DNA from: Magallana gigas
Lineage: Eukaryota
Length of the DNA stretch: 64,000 bases
NCBI RefSeq assembly: GCF_963853765.1
Contig: NC_088861.1
Span: 7,068,001 to 7,132,000, forward strand
Direction: 5' to 3'
Shown: positions 61,727 to 64,000 of the stretch, piece after piece
How the letters are laid out: each line of letters begins with the position of its first letter
Numbering within the stretch: position 1 is the stretch's first letter
Position numbers and translations under genes: made by a program
Notes under the pieces: model-generated
Seen by the model: the letters and a program-made list of their open reading frames with translations, nothing else
What the model was told of the DNA's origin: nothing
Database searches by the model: none

Positions 61727-63445
61727 AAAGAGAAGGACCAATGGCACAAGGGAACTCTAATCTAACCGACGCTGTTCATGGCTCGACTGGTCATGGCCCC
61801 AACGTTAACGTCGAAATAACGGAAATGATGCGGATGCTTCTGAACCAAACTGCGGCGATAGAAAATCTGAAACAACAGACTGCTTAGATAGAAAACCCGA
61901 AACAACAGACCGTAGAGATAAACTGTCTCCAGGAACTGACCAGTAACCTCACACAGCAAACAGAAAATGATAGATCCACCATTCAGATACTGCAGAACAA
62001 GTTGTTCTCACTCGAGGCAGAGCTGGACAGACTAAACGCTTCCAAACCCACGTCGACCCAAGAATTATCATCATACCTAAGTGGCATCAAACACTTAATT
62101 CAAAATTCGATGACAAAGGAGGCAAACGATAAAAACTTGACCAATTTGTTAAATGTCACCATAAAAAATTTCGAGGACCAGAATGTCCAGCTGCAGTATA
62201 CGAGTCTGTCGTTGATAGATGTTCATATTATGAACAGATCGTTAAACAAACAGATGGAAGACAGAATAAATGGTTACGTCCATGATGAAATTGCAAGTAG
62301 GTGTACTAAGTATCAAATTCAAAGTCATAAAAATATTAATGTTAACATTTTTTATTTTCTCTTCCCTAAATAAAACTAAATGTATTATAAAAAAAATTAT
62401 ATTATAAAGTATAATATTATATTATAAAGTATAATATTATAACAACTAGAGGATGTTCAAAATTGTATCACACATGACCTTAGGTTAAGCAAACGGAACT
62501 TTGTCCGAACGCACAATGTTGTCGACATAAAATAGAGAAAGTAATTCTTATCTTAACAATTGATACAGTAAACAGAAATCGCAACTTTCTTCGATGGTAA
62601 TCAAAATGCTCTATTTCTTTAAATATTAAAGCCTTTTACTGCTGAGGTTTAAAAGTAAATGAAGTGACGTTGAACAACAAGGAACAATCAATGGTGTTTA
62701 TGTTAACCCGTGATCATGGCAACAAAAACATATAAAGATAGCCCTTTAGTGGAAAAATCAATTTTTTAGAGCATACTGTTAACGTTTTATATTTAGCGTG
62801 TACGACATTTGGCGGAAAATGATTTTTGAACAAGTTAACGTAGATTTGATTTAGCGCATTTCTAAATGTAACTATTTATCTACTTACATATTTTACATTT
62901 GGCGATGTACTTGATTTTGCGGACGCCGTTTTCAGCCTAAAACACTAAATAGAATACACAGCCAAATGTAATACGTTTACAGTATATAATTTTTCTTCCT
63001 ACATATTAAGTATTTTTTAAATATTAGCAAACTTTAATCTGTGATGAACACCAATTTACATAATATGAATATTTTCTCTTTTGTAGATCTGTCTAGAAAG
63101 GTGGCATTTACGGCGTCGGTATTGTCTAGCAGCAGTTCATGGAGTAGCAGTACTTTGGTTTTTTCCTGTGGTCATCACAAATCTAAGGCACGGATACAAC
63201 CCAAATGACGGAGTATTCACCGCTCCCACCGCGGGAGTATATGTGTTTTTTGTCAACGTACAGAGTTACAACATTCTTTCTGTCTATGTCGACGTAGTTG
63301 TAAATGGAGCAAGAAAAGTCAGAACAATGGCAAGTAATCATTACGACGCCGGTCCAAACATGGCGGTTTTGACCCTACTAAAACAAGACAGAGTGTGGGT
63401 CAAACGTTATTCGGGTCAACCTTTTCGGGGTTTCTCATTGGATAA
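61727..63445 (+). pseudogene. C1qDC pseudogene (long coiled-coil exon plus gC1q exon)
   Basis: The coiled-coil exon (about 61727-62296) has an in-frame TAG at 61885-61887. The gC1q exon from 63087 has a +1 T in the run at 63159-63164 and a deletion/frameshift just before TFSGFLIG* (TAA 63443-63445). Confidence 0.75.
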
Positions 63446-63888
63446 AAAAGAAAAAAATCACCTGCTAAGTAAATTATTACACTATTATTATTTTGAATTT
63501 AAAAACAATTGTATTAAGAAGGTGTGTAATTTCTTTAATTGTGATATCAATACAGTCCTGTAACAGGCTGGCCTTATTGTCCTCCTTTCTGCTGTTGATG
63601 CTTCAGACATAACTCATATTCTTTGTAACAGTTTATTAATGTCATCACAAATAAGTTCCTATAACAATTCAACAGCTTGTACACAAAACTGTGTTGGTCC
63701 AAATCACACAATATCATGCAGGGTTTCGTGAGTGGTGGGAGATAGCTAATTAAGCCCTAGGTCACCATGGCAAAAATAATAAAGGGAATTAAAGGGGAAT
63801 AACTTTCCTAATATAGAGAGCTAGCCTACTATGGGAGTAGACTTATAAACTAAATACATGTTTACAAGGGGTTGTCAGCAATTACTTT

Positions 63889-63984
63889 GTCAGGAATTAC
63901 ATTGTCAGGAACTCAGCTGTCAGTAATTCAAAGTGTCAGGAATTACATTGTCAGGAACTCAGCTGTCAGTAATTCAAAGTGTCA
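63889..63984. repeat. 46-bp tandem repeat built from 15/15/16-bp GTCAG subunits
   Basis: GTCAGGAATTACATT-GTCAGGAACTCAGCT-GTCAGTAATTCAAAGT, twice. Confidence 0.8.
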
Positions 63985-64000
63985 ATTCTACCTAATAACT

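Overview
AT-rich animal genomic DNA with spliceosomal introns. It is most likely from a bivalve mollusc (oyster-like); this is inferred from the C1q-domain gene cluster, Helitron-type satellite-carrying elements and MITE content. From 1 to 23562 (+) lies the 3' part of an axonemal outer-arm dynein heavy chain gene (DNAH5/DNAH8 type), with 36 exons in the window, one GC-AG intron and an intronic LINE fragment. From about 28.6 to 37.6 kb (-) lies a convergent, unrecognised multi-exon gene. It has four well-supported phase-1 coding exons and an ambiguous 5' end with several candidate first exons; one splice path gives a continuous frame interrupted by a single UGA. The 38-46 kb stretch holds nested mobile DNA: a 5.3-kb TTAA-flanked TIR element carrying two Helitron-like elements with 180-bp satellite arrays, a decayed Gypsy gag-protease fragment, and MITEs. 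The 47-63.5 kb stretch is a tandem C1q-domain-containing (C1qDC) cluster with two apparently intact paralogues, two pseudogenes, duplicated ATG-less first exons and a Ginger-like insertion whose empty site is visible in the paralogue. All gene models were spliced by eye from GT/GC-AG boundaries and reading phase; no database search was possible.
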